64,000 nt of DNA. It comes from the human T2T-CHM13v2.0 reference genome, Homo sapiens. Under the pieces are notes generated by a model. The model searched no databases and was not told the DNA's origin. It saw nothing but the letters and a program-made list of their open reading frames with translations. The translations under genes were made by a program, and so were the position numbers. Numbering within the stretch: the first letter of the stretch is position 1; each line of letters opens with the position of its first letter. This document shows positions 15,281-30,910 of this stretch, piece by piece. The stretch lies in the NCBI RefSeq assembly GCF_009914755.1, contig NC_060926.1. One strand, 5' to 3'.

Positions 15281-16671
15281 CTAAGCACTCAGGGAGCAGA
15301 GGGGAGCATGACTCAGCCCCTCCTCGCCTTCTGGAACGTACACAGCTACACAGCTGCAGTACATAGAACAACTCATTCATCAAGTATTTGTTCCAAGCAA
15401 CTCCTAGATGCCTGGGCTACATTAGCATAAAGACAAAAAACAGAGGAAAATCCCTGCCCTCATAGAGCTTGCATTACACTTGAGGAAGAGAGAGAAATAA
15501 GAAACAATAAGCATAACAAAAAGTTAAGTTATGAAATACGCTGGGAAGAAAAGAACAAGGACAGTGTAATGACACACCCCAAGTGTGGACTCCCCAGACT
15601 GAACTGCTGAGCAAGTGCTCCCCAAAGTCGGTCTTTCTTACACCTCCCAGACCTCTTCCCTGGTTCCAGCATATTATCAGTTCCATTCTGAGAAAGCCAA
15701 AGGCTTGGGATCCACATCTACAAGTTTGGCTCTCCTCTTCGAGAAGAGAGGGAAATGGAAGGAAGGCCTTGTTCTAGCATTCTTGTTGGCAGATGGGAAA
15801 TCAACAGTTCTAGAGAACGTGAGCAGGGTCTGTATCCTTCGGCACCTCTAAGGGGCTGAACTATTGCAGAAGGCCAGGAGCTGTTTCTAATTGCCAAGAG
15901 CAAAAGGTGAAGTTAGACATTGAAACCAAAAGGTATTTTTTGTGTTCTACCCTTGGTTCTGCAAGACTGGCAGGCTCTCCCCATCTACACTGTCAACCAG
16001 AGACGACAAAGTGGTAGCCTGTGGACTGAATCAGGCCTGCTCGTGTGTTTTGACCTGTAAGGATTTTACAAGTTGATATTTTGAACGAAGAGAGTGTAGA
16101 GTGTAGGCCCACATTTCTGTAGACTATAATTGGCTGGAGCTGCGCTGCAGCTTTTAGCCAAAGCTCCATTTTGCTACAGACCTCACCCAGCCCTCCTCAT
16201 TCGTTTCTACTCACTACTAACCTGGTACAGGAGTTTGCATCCCTGGCCAGGGACTCTCTGGAGATGGGATTGTGTCTCAGGCTCTTTGGATCCATGCGCC
16301 TAACGAGCTACATGGTGCATTGTTTCACACTTCTATTCTGAAGAGTCCTATGTCCCCTTTCCCAACACCACTTCCCATTTTTTTTCTTTTAAGAAAGAGC
16401 CCTGTTTTCTACATCAGTGTACTAATGGCTATATGATAAGATGAAGTGAACTCAGGAAACCAGGCGATTTGGCCACTTGGAGAGGGTGAGAACACACACA
16501 CCGTCCCTGAGGTCTTCATCACAGCCTCTTAAGGGTGATCCCACAGCCACCAGGCTGACCGTCCCTTCATGACCTTGAAAAGTGAACTGCAGAAATGGCC
16601 AAGACTTTGATGATGATGTATAGCAGTTTGGGAAAATACTGAATAGGATGCAGGGCCTTGTCTAGGTTTTA

Positions 16672-17046
<375 letters not shown>

Positions 17047-18007
17047 TTACCGTGCTTATACCGTATGCCAGCCGTGTGCCAGCCCCAGGCTTCCTTCCCA
17101 CTTTGACTGAATGCATCAGCTCATTTAGTCTTTGCAATGACATGAAGTTGGGATTTTACTATCTCCACTTGCAGTTGGCGTAACTGGGGCCCCGAGAGGT
17201 CAAATAATTTGCTTAATTAAAGTCAGTGATCCCATAAAGGGCTAGGCCAGGATTTGAAGCCAGACCAGGGAGGTGTTGAGAGACAGGTTTTCACATTTTC
17301 TTCATAGTCTTCATATATTTGACTTCAAAAAAAAAAAAAAAAACTACTGAACATGTATGGCATTTATAATAAATATTTTCCTTAATAATGATTGTTTCAA
17401 AGCCTAGATGGAGAAATGAATGAAACTTAATCGGTTTCATTTGGGGTCACGTTAAATCTGGAGCATGATAGGTGCAGCAATTTTTTAAAATAGCTTTTTA
17501 CTGAGTGTTTACAATGTGCTAGGTACCATGCTAATCCCTTTACGTGGATTGTCCAATTCAGTCTTCTCAGCAGCCATATGACTAGGTACTCATACATGCC
17601 AGTTATACCAGTGAAGAGACTGGGGCTCATAAAAGTCACAGAGCAGTCACATGTGGAGAGGAAACTTAGGCCCAAGGGAGCCAAGTGCAGAGGCCATCAA
17701 CCACCAGACCCTGCGCCTGACAAGCTGCAGAGCTCTGGATATAACCTGGGGGACTTGGCAGCAATTGCGTTAATCCTTAAGGGGTTCTTTAAGTATGCAG
17801 TTACTTTTTTGTCAAGGCCTCAAATAATTAGCCACCATCTCCCTTCGGTCAGGGGAGCAGACACAATCATTGTCTTTGAGGGAGTTTATTGCTATTATAC
17901 CTAATTTCCTGAATTACTAGCCTTCTCCAGGTTTCCAGTCTCTACTTGTTTTCTATTCTCTTTCTCTCTTTCTCTCTCTGTCTCTCTCTCTCTGCCACAG
18001 AGTAGCC

Positions 18008-18421
18008 TGGTATGGGCTGATTTGTGTACCCCCAAATTTCATATGTTGAAGTCCTAGTCCCCGTATCTCAGAATGTGACTGTATTTGGAGATAAGACCTT
18101 TAAGGAGGTGATTCTGTTAAAATGAGCCTCTTAGGCTGGGCCCTAATCCAGGCTGACTGGCCTCCTTATGCAAGGAGAAAATTTGGACACAGAAACGGAC
18201 CCCAGGGATGCATGTCCCTGGAATGGCACAGAGGAGAGGCCACGTGAGGACACAGGAAGATGGTGGCATCCGCAAGCCACGGAGGGAGGCCTTGGGAGAA
18301 ACCAGCCCTGTTGTGGCTCCTTGATCTTGGACTTCTGCATCCCGAACTGTGAAAAATTGTCTGTTGTTTAAGCCACTGTGTCAGTGATACTTTGTTGTGG
18401 CGGCCCGAGCAGACCAACACG
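18008..18421 (+). mobile_element. MLT1-type (MaLR) solo LTR with 5-bp TSD TAGCC
   Basis: tggtatgggctgatttgtgtacccccaaatttcatatgttgaagtcct...agaatgtgactgtatttggagat; tagcc at 18003-18007 and 18422-18426. Confidence 0.85.
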
Positions 18422-18959
18422 TAGCCTAAAATCAAACATTAAATCAAAGGGGCTTGCTTAAGTGGCTTTCACTGTTGCTTCTTGCCTTCACCCTCCAGTG
18501 ACTGGGGGATGATGATAAAGCTGAGGATGCCAGTCAACCCAGGAATTCATGGAGCCTCCCTCCCCCACCCTACTGAGGGACCAGCCTTGCCTGATAACCA
18601 TTAAATGAGTGTGTTAACACAGACGCTGACCGAAACCCTCTACCCTTAAAGCAGCAACCCTGTCATGAAAAGGATGCATGGAGGTTTAAGGAGGTTTGAC
18701 TTGATGTTGCAAGCTAGCAAGAATCGAAGATTTCCCACGCAGGCCCCTCCCTGCCCCTCTGCGGCCCCAGGTGAGGCCCCGACTGTGCGTCCACAAGTAG
18801 TAGAGTAGCTAACTTGCCTAGAGCAACCCTGGACTCAATCTTCCTCCTCCAACCCACCTGAGCAACATCAATAGGAAACACAGGGCTAAACAGTGCAATG
18901 ACACGGTCCTACTGCTCCTGAGAACAGAACCCCAATGACATTCTGGAACACTGGCTCAC

Positions 18960-19086
18960 ACTTTGGTAGAAATCAGCATCTGCCTTGGTAGGGCGGGGTG
19001 GGGCATGAGAATCTGCATTTCTAGAAGTCCCCAGGTGATGCTGATGCTGCCAGTCCCAGGAACCACACGTTGAGAACCAGTGCTCT
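18960..19086. mobile_element. MER5A-like hAT relic
   Basis: agaatctgcatttctagaagtccccaggtgatgctgatgctgc...accacacgttgagaaccagtg is a typical MER5A end. Confidence 0.65.
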
Positions 19087-19392
19087 AGATGATTTAACTT
19101 TAAAACTCTTTCCGGTGATGACCTTGGCGGCATATTTTGAAAATCCTATATTTCTGCCTATTCTTAAAACCAGAAATTCTACTCAGGGAATTTAGTTTAA
19201 AGAAACAACAATAATAGCAAACACAAGTACTGTTTATTCTGTGTCAGGCTGTGTTCTAAGTGCTTTTTATGTTAGTGAATCCACATAATCCTCACAATCA
19301 GCCCTTCTTACAGATCAGGAAACTGAGTCATGGCTTATGTGGTAGAGCCAGAGTTATGAACATATGTCATCTACTTCCAGAATCTCTGCTCT

Positions 19393-19893
19393 TTTATTTC
19401 TTTTGTGTTTTGTTTGTTTTTCCAGATGGAGTCTCGCTGTATCACCCTGGCTGGAGTGGAGTGGCACAATCTCGGCTCACTGCAGCCTCCACCTCCCAGT
19501 TCAAGAGATTCTCCTGCCTCCTGCAAGGGCTAAAGGTACTGCCTCCCGAGTAGCTGGGACTACAGGCACGGGCCACCATGCCTGGCTTTTTTTTTTTTTT
19601 TTTTTTTTCTGAGATGGAGTCTTTCTCTGTTGGCCATGCTGGAGTGCAATGGCATGACCTCAGCTCACTGCAACCTCCGCCTCTCAGGTTCAAGTGATTC
19701 TCCTGCCTCAGCCTCCTGAGTAGCTGGGACTACAGGTGCACGCCACCAAGCCCAGCTAATTTTTTTGTATTTTTAGTAGAGACAGGGTTTCACCATGTTG
19801 GCCAGGCTGGTCTCAAACTGCTGACCTCAGGTTATCTGCCTACCTCAGCCTCCCATAGTGCTGGGATTACAGGTGTGAGCCACCACACCCAGC
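19393..19893 (-). mobile_element. Three-monomer Alu (left-right-right arms) inside one TSD
   Basis: Full Alu at 19587-19893 plus an extra right arm and tail at 19393-19586; flanked by ttccagaa(t/c)ctctg(c/t)tctt. Confidence 0.85.
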
Positions 19894-20729
19894 CCTTATT
19901 TCCAGAACCTCTGTTCTTATCCATTACACTATTTCTTCATGATAATCAGGGATGCGTATAAGTAAGATATCATTACCAGTTGCTTATCGTAGTGAGAAAG
20001 TGGAAACTCCTTAAATCAGAGTAGTTACTGGACCAGCAGCAGCAGCGGCAGCACCTGGGAATATGTTAGAAATAAAGACTCTCAGAGCCCTCTCCTTACC
20101 TAACAAATCAGGTCTGGGGGGGACCTCAGCGAGCTGTGTTTTAACAAGCTCCTCAGGGATTCTGATGGTTCATGAAGCTCGAGAACCAAAGCCTTAAATG
20201 TTCCTTGTGACGCCCCCTCCCTACCCCCAGGTTCAGCTCCCCTGTTAGAAATTCCCACATTACCCCTTATTAACACTCAACATGTCCAAACTGACTTGCT
20301 CAATGTCTTCATTTTCTGCTAGCCTGTGGCTCCAAAAAGCAGGGCCTTGTTGGATTAACTTCTTTCTAGCAGAGCAGCTGGCAGCAAACCAATCAATAAT
20401 TGGTGAAGGTAGTGGTTAAATAAATTATGGCACAATCAGATAAGGCAATATTCCTCAGCTACTACAGATAATATTGTAGGAAAATACGTAATGACATAGA
20501 AGTAAGGTTATGTTAAGAACAGTTTGCCAACAAGTATGCCTAGGATGATCGTGCAGAAATAAAACTGGAAAAATATACAGGCAATTGTGTCTTTTAAAAG
20601 TGTGTTTAGTTTTAAGTTACCTTTTTTTTTCTTTTGTAATAAAGTTTTTTTCTTCCCCTTCACCAAATGCCTCCCCCATAGGCTAAAGGTACATCTCCCA
20701 TCTCCTACCACATCCTTCCCTACATAAAT

Positions 20730-20962
20730 GGTCTTCAACATTAGGTGGTTCTGCACCGCCCCACCCCACCCCTCACCCCAGCAGACACTTGGCAATGTCT
20801 GGAGGCATTTTGGGTCCTCACATGGAGGAAGAGGTCATTACTGGCATCTAGCAGGATAGGGGCAAGAGATGCTGCTTAACATCCTAGAATCCACCAAACA
20901 GCCCTCCAGGATAAAGAACGATCGGGCCCCAAATGTCAGCAGCACTGAGGTTGAGAAACCGC
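20730..20962. mobile_element. MER20-like hAT relic
   Basis: gacacttggcaatgtctggaggcatttt...tactggcatctag...gatgctgcttaacatccta...gccccaaatgtcagcagcactgaggttgagaaacc. Confidence 0.75.
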
Positions 20963-21103
20963 TCCACACAGTAGGCTACATCCAGGAGTCACGTGTTTAT
21001 TCACCAAATGTTTACCAAACACCCTCCATGACCCAGGCCTGTGTATGGATATCACACTGAATAAGACAATATCCTGCCCTCAAGCTTCTTACGGTCTCTA
21101 TAA

Positions 21104-21262
21104 CAGTGGTTGGCAAATTACAGCCTGTGGGCCATTTACTGCCCATTTTAGTAACCCCAGTTACAGTGGAACACAGGCATTCATTTACGTGTTATCTACA
21201 GCTATGCTGCAGCAACAGGGTTGAGTGGTCGCAGCAAAGATCATCTGGCTCCAAAGCTGAAG
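21104..21262. mobile_element. MER58A-like hAT relic
   Basis: cagtggttggcaaattacagcctgtgggcc...ggttgagtggtcgcagcaaagatcatctggc. Confidence 0.6.
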
Positions 21263-22481
21263 CAGGGGATTGAAGTGTTCAGGTAATGAGGTAGATGTCT
21301 CACTTGCCTGCCCTCGGTTCCACACGCCCCACTGATTGTAAAGTCACGTCCTCATATTGCCTGCCTGAGAGTGTCCCCTTCTTCTTACATCCCTACGACC
21401 AGCCAGTCTCTCCCCTCCATGCCCTGTGCTGGTTGAGCTACACTCAGTGCAGACATCCCAGTGTCCGATATGCTCCTGTTATGCTTTTGTGCTCCCAGGA
21501 TTAGAAACGAATTATTTCAGAGTGTCCTGGACTGCATGCTGTATGTGGTTACCATTCAGTAGGTGAGAAAGGAAACATCCCCGCCTCCCCATCTGGGTGA
21601 GAGGAGCCCTGCCCTTCCTGGTGACTGGGCAGAAACCTCTCCCCGGGGTGGCACTCCTGGTGGAATCTGGAACTCCACCACCTTCCAAGAGAGTATCAGT
21701 TATCTTGGAAGGAACATGGGGCCCCAACAGTGAGCTCAGAGCATTCCTTTCTCTGTCTCACCCAACAAGATGATTCCAACATGCAATATATTCTAGAAAG
21801 GGCTGCCTTAGTGCTTATGGGTTAGGAGTTTCTCCCTTCCACTGAACAGGCAGCAGCAGGGATTCCTCCTGATGTATAGACTCATGGTGAGATCACTATA
21901 GATCTGGGAAAAAGAGTCCTCACACCAGACGTTATCACGTGGGCTTTACTCCCTTTAGGGTGAGGCAAAGAGAAATTGTCAGGCGGAAGACATTTCCTGA
22001 GAAACAGGAAGGAAGGCTCTTCTTATTAACCTGAGCTCTATGTTCAGAGCTTTCCACCTTACGGACTTGTTCCCTACTTGGAATTAGTTTTAAGGAATAA
22101 AACTAAACATCAAAACAAACCCTCCAGTGTTAGATGGATGACCTCCTGAGAGGGCAAGTGTTGCCTTGAAGAGAAACACAACCCTAACAGGGTGTGGGTA
22201 CATCCATTAGGCAGGAACAGTTCAAAACAAAATGGAAAACACTTTTGAGTTCACTGTAGGAAGCTTCAGCCTTTGAGGGCCGCCCTGGAAGGAAAAGTTG
22301 TAGATCAAAGAGATCTGTGTGTAGAAGAGCATTAGGCCTCCTGTGGTGGACTAATCGACCCACTTCGTGTGGCTGTCATCCACCCATATTGGGCAGGAAA
22401 GAGCCAGAAGTTTGTTCATTTTTAGGTAAGTCTCAGCTGTAGCACATGGTTACAAAATCAGCTTAGCAATGAAAGAAAAGA

Positions 22482-22677
22482 TTTTTTAATTTTTTTTTTA
22501 CCTTTTATTTTAGGTTCAGGGGTACGTGTGAAGTTTGTTACATAGGTAAACTCATGTCATGGAGGTTTGTTGTACTGATGATTATTTCATCACCCAGGAA
22601 TTAAGCCCAGTACTCAGTAGTTATCTTTTTTGTCTACTTGAGGCTGGAGGGGAGGAGGAGGTAGAGGAGCAGAAAAG
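22482..22677 (-). mobile_element. Short older L1PA 3' fragment with an inverted 5' segment
   Basis: T-tail, then ttttattttaggttcaggggtacgtgtg...catcacccagg...tagttatcttt in minus orientation, followed by gtctacttgaggctggagggg...agaggagcagaaaaga in the opposite orientation. Confidence 0.7.
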
Positions 22678-22804
22678 AGAAGATTCTGAAGGGAAAACAG
22701 GAAGATACCAACAACATCATTTTAAGTGAACATTGTTCTTTCTAGTGGCAGCCATTTCTTTTCAGCACCCAATCTTGAGGGTGGTATATGTGGTGGTGGT
22801 ATAT

Positions 22805-22979
22805 AAGCCCAACCTTTCCTTAAGGCTCTGCTCAAATACCACCTCTTGCTGGGGTCCTAGCTGTCCTGCAGTTCTCCACACTGGAATTAACCTCTCCCAG
22901 TACCCTTGACTTGCAACTCTTTTGTTTTGTTTTGTTTTGTTTTAGATGGAGTTTCGCTCTTCTTGCCCAGGCTGGAGTG
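22805..22979 (+). repeat. Dispersed direct duplicate of 24228-24415
   Basis: aagcccaaccttt...ctcaaatacc...ggggtcctag...gttctccacactggaattaacctctc...cccttgacttgcaactct plus Alu tail and gcccaggct.gagtg occur at both sites. Confidence 0.92.
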
Positions 22980-24254
22980 GTGTATATGGCCCCTCACACC
23001 CTGCTGAAAAAATACCTTCAGGAAATGCTAGAGAATGAGCAACATGGCCTACAGATGGCCCAGGTCAGCCAGGGTTTGGCATTAGGCCCTTAGAATATAC
23101 CTGTCACTCTTTAGTAACTGGACGGGATGAGCAATACAGCCAGTGTGCCCAGCAGGCATAGACAAGGCCGAGGAATACATGGCGGAGAAGAGAGGTCCTT
23201 TGTAACAGGAACCCAGAGGCTCCTATCAGAGAAGAGGGGCCCCAGAAGAAAGCAAGGGCTTGGGAGTGGGTGCACAGGACAAAAAGGAGCCCCAGGGAAG
23301 CTGGGCCACATGGTGAGAACATAGGAAGAGAAGGCGATGCTTCACCAGAACGACGGGGCACTTTTTAAAAAACATCATAATCATGTAGGTGTTAGAGAGG
23401 TGGCCTTGGAGTGTCCCCACTTCCAGCAGGCAGGGTCAGTGGCTCCAATAAAGAGAGGGCACAGGAACCCAGGGAAGGCCCTCCTGTGGCCACGTGCAGC
23501 AGATGAGCCCATGAAACCCTAAGTCAGGGGAATTAGAGATTACAGGCAAGCACACCTGGGCCACATAAGCACTAGACCATCTTTCAGAAGCTCATAGTCT
23601 ATGGAGAGAGAATCTTGTTCTTGTTCATGTCAAAGATAACTATCATGTTCAAGTGTAAAGAATTGACCCATTCACATATTTCTCTCTTCCTAGTTACTTT
23701 CTTTGGTTATTTTTTTAAAGCCACCACAGTGGGTGACCCCAACCATCCCTCTGGCCTCAATTTTGATGTTGAGGTGGAGCAGTGCATTTCAACCTTGGCT
23801 GCCTGCTACAGTCACCTGGGGGGCATTGAAAAATGTTAACATTCAGGCTCTGCCACCTTCCACATTCTATTGGTCTGAGATTAGGCCGAGGTACCAATAT
23901 TCTTTCAAGATCCTCCAGGTGATTTTAACCTGCAGCTAGGACTGCCTTGCTAAGAAACGTTCTACTCTTAGCTGAATCTTTAAGGAGTGCATTCATATAA
24001 CAGGGCGTCTCAAATTTGAATATGTATGCAACTATTTTGGGGACCTTGTTAAAATGCAGATTCTGATTCTGTAGGTCTGGGGCGGGACCAAAGTTGCTGC
24101 TAGTTCCTGGACCAGGACCACAGTTACAGTAGCAAGGATGTTGCTAACTCCTAGATGCCTGGTTATTAGGCCAACCAGCCCAGTCTGTGCTCCCGCCATC
24201 TCCCTGTTGAACAATTCTGGCTCCTCAAAGCCCAACCTTTCGTTAAGGCTCTAG

Positions 24255-24659
<405 letters not shown>

Positions 24660-25569
24660 TTGCAACTCCTTTTTAACATGAATTGTGTAATAATCTACCA
24701 TTACTTTAAGTTATTTATATTCTGCTGGCTATTTCTTTCATGGGATTATGAGACCCTGGAGGGGGAAAACACATCTTACTCATCTTACTCACCCATACCA
24801 CCTAGTAGCATACTTTACAAAGAGTAGAGGGAGTCTGGAAGTACTTACTGAATTGAATTTGCAGAACCCAGTTATAGGTCACGTCTTCAAGTTGGAAGTT
24901 ATTTTTTTAAGTTGGAGGGACCCAGCTCTGGATATTGCAAATATATACACAAGGCAGCTTGGTTTTAAAATGAGGTTGATGACTAGTAATACCGACTGAC
25001 AGAACTTTATGCATGCAAGGAGTATCAAGAAAGATGAGTTAAATAAAGACTGGCCCAATTCCCAGTTCTCACGGGCCGTTAAAAAAAGTTGCTACAACCA
25101 ACACCCAATTAACCTGGTGCACAAACACAGATGCAATGCAATAAACACACACAACGAAAACCCAAATTAATTTGAGGAAGGCTCCAGGGCTGTTTTGGTC
25201 ACCACCTAAGAACGAGTCTGACTCCTGTTGAGAGGAACATCTCTTGGGCACTTAACTTCTTGGTTTTGGGGAACCACAAGAAAAACAAGTGGTACAAAAT
25301 TCAGTTCTGCTTCCAATTCCTGTGTCCCTGAACCAAAAAAAGTCCAAATCATAGTGGGGCAGTGAGGGGGGGTGAAAGGAGAGAGAACATCCTGGTTCCT
25401 CCTTTTCAAAGAATTTGCCCATGAGTTTTCTAGACTCATAGCTACTATCAATGGATCTAAAGAGAACAGTGACTTCTAGATGCCCAGCCCTGGGCTCCCT
25501 AATATCTTTGTAAATTACCCAATGCAGTGGGGATATGTGGAAAGAAAACAAACCATTCGGAGAACACTT

Positions 25570-25873
<304 letters not shown>

Positions 25874-26237
25874 TAAATGGAGAACACTTTTTAAAAGAAT
25901 GGTTTCGCTTAAATACTTGAATAAGGATCCTGCCACCCCGGCAGTTACTGAACAATGCTCCAGTGATTAACCATGTAGTAACTGCCAAAACGTACAGCAA
26001 GACCCTATTTTTCCCCATCCCTCCTCTAACAGCTCCTACTTCCTTCTTGCAGGCTCTGTTTCCGCTCCACCAAGCCCCAATTCAATTGTTTTTAACTCAA
26101 AATCAAGTAGGCAGCTATTAATGACTGTTCATGGAGCATCTACCATGTTGTGCTAAGAGGTTTGAAAACTCTACATCCAAAAGCTGGCCAAGAATGAAAG
26201 ATTTAAGTAGGAGTTCCACATAAAAATAGAAAGGATG

Positions 26238-26680
<443 letters not shown>

Positions 26681-26691
26681 CTAGAATTTCA

Positions 26692-26907
<216 letters not shown>

Positions 26908-27719
26908 TTATGAACAAGCTCCTTCTACAGTCTCTGGTTAAAGTTGGACTTCTGACACTATACTGAAATTTAGTACAAATTCAGTATAAAATTCAGTATA
27001 AATGTTTGTAAAGATTCAACAATCCAATGTAAGTTCCATGAAGGCAGAAATTTGTCTTATGCCCTGGAGGGTACATGAAAAAATTCCAGAATGTCGGGCT
27101 GACCGAATGAGTGAATGGAGTATCAGAGGATGCAGAAGTATGAAACAGTGAAGGTCGGATGATGCAGCAACGTGATGACCCTCACAGGATTGCCCAATCT
27201 CTGGGCCATTTTTTACTGGAGTAGCAGCCACAGGTAGCATTGCAAGAGGGACTGGTGGGTTCCTAAAGCTCAGCTTCATGTGTCCCTGAGTCCTTACTCT
27301 ACACTGCAGCCACGTGGGTTTCCATAGTGTCAGTCACTAACATAGAATTTCAGGATTGCTAGAGGCTCAGAAGCAGTGACTTTCAACCTTGAGTGAACAT
27401 TGGACTTATCCAGGGGAGTCATGGAAATATACTGATGCCTGGGTCCCACTCCCAGAAATACTGATTTACTTGATAATAGGATGTGGCCTGAGCAGTGTCC
27501 TCATCATTGGCTGCATAATAAACTCAGCTGGTGAGCTTTTCAAAAGTACTCATGAATACTGGGGCCCCATCTAGACTAATTAAATAGGAATTTCTGGGGG
27601 TGGGACCCGGGTGTCAGTAGTTTTTGGTTTGTTTGTTTGTTTAACTCCCACGATGATTCCAGTGTCCATTAGGGCTGAAAGCACAGTTGGAAAGCTATAA
27701 TTCTGACTGTAGCACATCA

Positions 27720-28160
<441 letters not shown>

Positions 28161-28425
28161 ACCACTATACTAAAGATGTGAGATTTTTTTCTTTTACTTT
28201 CACATCATTAAGACATCTTTTCTAAAGCTTCATTCAGTCATCCTGCAAACATCACAGAGGGATAAGAAATAATAACACTGAACAATAATGACAACAGCTA
28301 AGGCTCACTGAATGCTTTATCATGTATCAGGCCCTGTGCTGAATGCTTTTACTATTAAATCCTCCCGAGAAGACTGTGTATGTGCTACTGTTATGAGAAG
28401 GGTATGAACAAGAACACTCAGGCTT

Positions 28426-28857
<432 letters not shown>

Positions 28858-28923
28858 TCAGGAACTCTCAATATCTGGGTAACAAATTCTAAGAAATGAA
28901 ACATATTTTAAAAGGTATCATCT

Positions 28924-29208
28924 GGCCGGGCATGGTGTTTCACGCCTGTAATCCCAGCACTTTGGGAGGCCGAGGCGGGTGGACTGCCTGAGTTTGGGAG
29001 TTCAAGACCAGCCTGGGCAACAGGGCGAAGCCCCATCTCTACTAAAATTACAAGAAATTAGCCAGGTGTGGTGGCACATGCCTGTAATCCCAGCTACCTG
29101 GGAGGCTGAGGTAGGAAAACTGCTTGAACCTGGGAGTGCAGTGGTGGAATCGCCAGCCTGGGCAGCAGAGCAAGACTCTGTCTCCAAAAAAATTAAATAA
29201 AAATAAAA
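28924..29208 (+). mobile_element. Alu with TSD aaaag(g/a)tatcatct
   Basis: Alu consensus with a small deletion in the right arm. Confidence 0.9.
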
Positions 29209-30496
29209 GATATCATCTGATTAGCTATGGTGTTCTTCAAATGTATGCAAAAGTGTGAAATAATTTCAGGAACATCAATCATAAAGCACTAAGAAAATCC
29301 TTAACAAAATGTGGCATAACAACAAAGTTTTAGTCTCCTAATACTTACTGGGCCTGTGTAAAATGACCTGGAATTCTTATGAGCTATTTGGAATTTAACT
29401 CTGTGTAAAATATGGTATAAAACCACAAGCCACACAGGGCCAAATGTATTTTTATAATAAGTACAGTTTAATGTAAAACTTGGCTTTTCTACTATGGGTG
29501 ACTTGAGAGAGATGCATAGAGGCATCTTCTATTTTCCATGAGTAATGTCTGGCCCTTCCCAGTGGGAACGGAGTTCAGAAAGTGGGAGCATGTGTTTGGT
29601 GCTTCCTATTTAGAATTTTGATGCTCTCTTGAAATGACTTTATACATACAATCACAGAGAGACAGGATTGAAATGAAAACATCAAATACAGTTTAATTTT
29701 TAAATATAAACATTGAAAATACCAGGACTTTTTACATTTTTGATTTTGCTTTTCTTTACTTTTTAATAAGTCAGAAACTGAAAAATAAAAAGGGGGAGCT
29801 GAGGCCTGTCTTCTAAAGACCTTAAAAATAATACATGGTGTCTATATTCACAGCAATTTTCATTAGGACTAATAACAGAGGCCTGGAAAGAACAAATGCA
29901 GGCATTCACAATTTTTCTTTTTCTCTTCTGAGAAATGCTTTTGATTTTCTTTGAAAATGCCAGGCACAAAATAACACATTGTTTTTGCACTGCAGAGCAT
30001 TAAGTGAACATTTTCCTTTTAACACACAAAGAAATGTGCTCCTTGAAAATGGACTTGAGGGTGTGATAGGAAAGGCTTGTCACAGCCCCTTACTGGGAGG
30101 TGAGGCCCCATTTTTTAATGTTGTATATACCATTTATTTTAGGGATGCTCTAGGTATTTATATTGTAGAATTTAAAAAAGGAACTTACATTGGTTATGTA
30201 CTATATAGCCTTTGACAGAGAAAGCCCACATACTTCATGCCCAAATTGAAACTATATAAGCAAAGGCTCTACACTGCCTTGACAACCTATAATGAGGCTG
30301 AATGTTAGGATGCTCTAATATGAGGTTACTATATCTGTAACGAGGAAGCAAAACACTGCAGCTTAATATCCTTACAGCACCCCATCTATAAAAATGTAAC
30401 AAAGTTTAGCTCACACATACAGAGGAAAAAGGACAAGTACAGAAATGACTAGAAACCAGAGTGAGGGGAAATTACCAATTTTATAGCAAAGCTTAC

Positions 30497-30505
30497 CTCT
30501 GGGAC
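30497..30505 (-). CDS. COL4A4: COL4A4 exon 43, 9-nt microexon
   Basis: tttgttgtctttggatccctctag|GTCCCAGAG|gtaagc. Encodes exactly one Gly-Pro-Arg triplet between split Gly codons and fits the phase of exons 42 and 44. Confidence 0.92.
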
Positions 30506-30910
30506 CTAGAGGGATCCAAAGACAACAAACGAGGCCAGTCCATGATTTTCACAGGGTGGAAAGAGATTTTAAATTTGTGGATTAGGACAAAAATGAAATA
30601 GATTAAGAACATACATAATAATTTGAGGCAGCATCAATGACAAGCAGAATGGCAGCACCTTATTTACATAAAATGTCCACATCAATGTGACTGACAGGAG
30701 CAGCTATGATTTAGTAACGGAGTTTTCATCTCTAGAATGACTTGAAACTCTCTTGAGCAATATAAAATTCTAGTTGATTTCTTCTGGCAAATATCCTCTA
30801 ATTTAATGCATGTAGGAATTCTATCCATTTAAAAGCTTCTGAAAATTTCATATTAATTTGCCAAGTATAGGGTATGCATAGAAAGGAAATATGAAAAGAA
30901 ACAACATATA

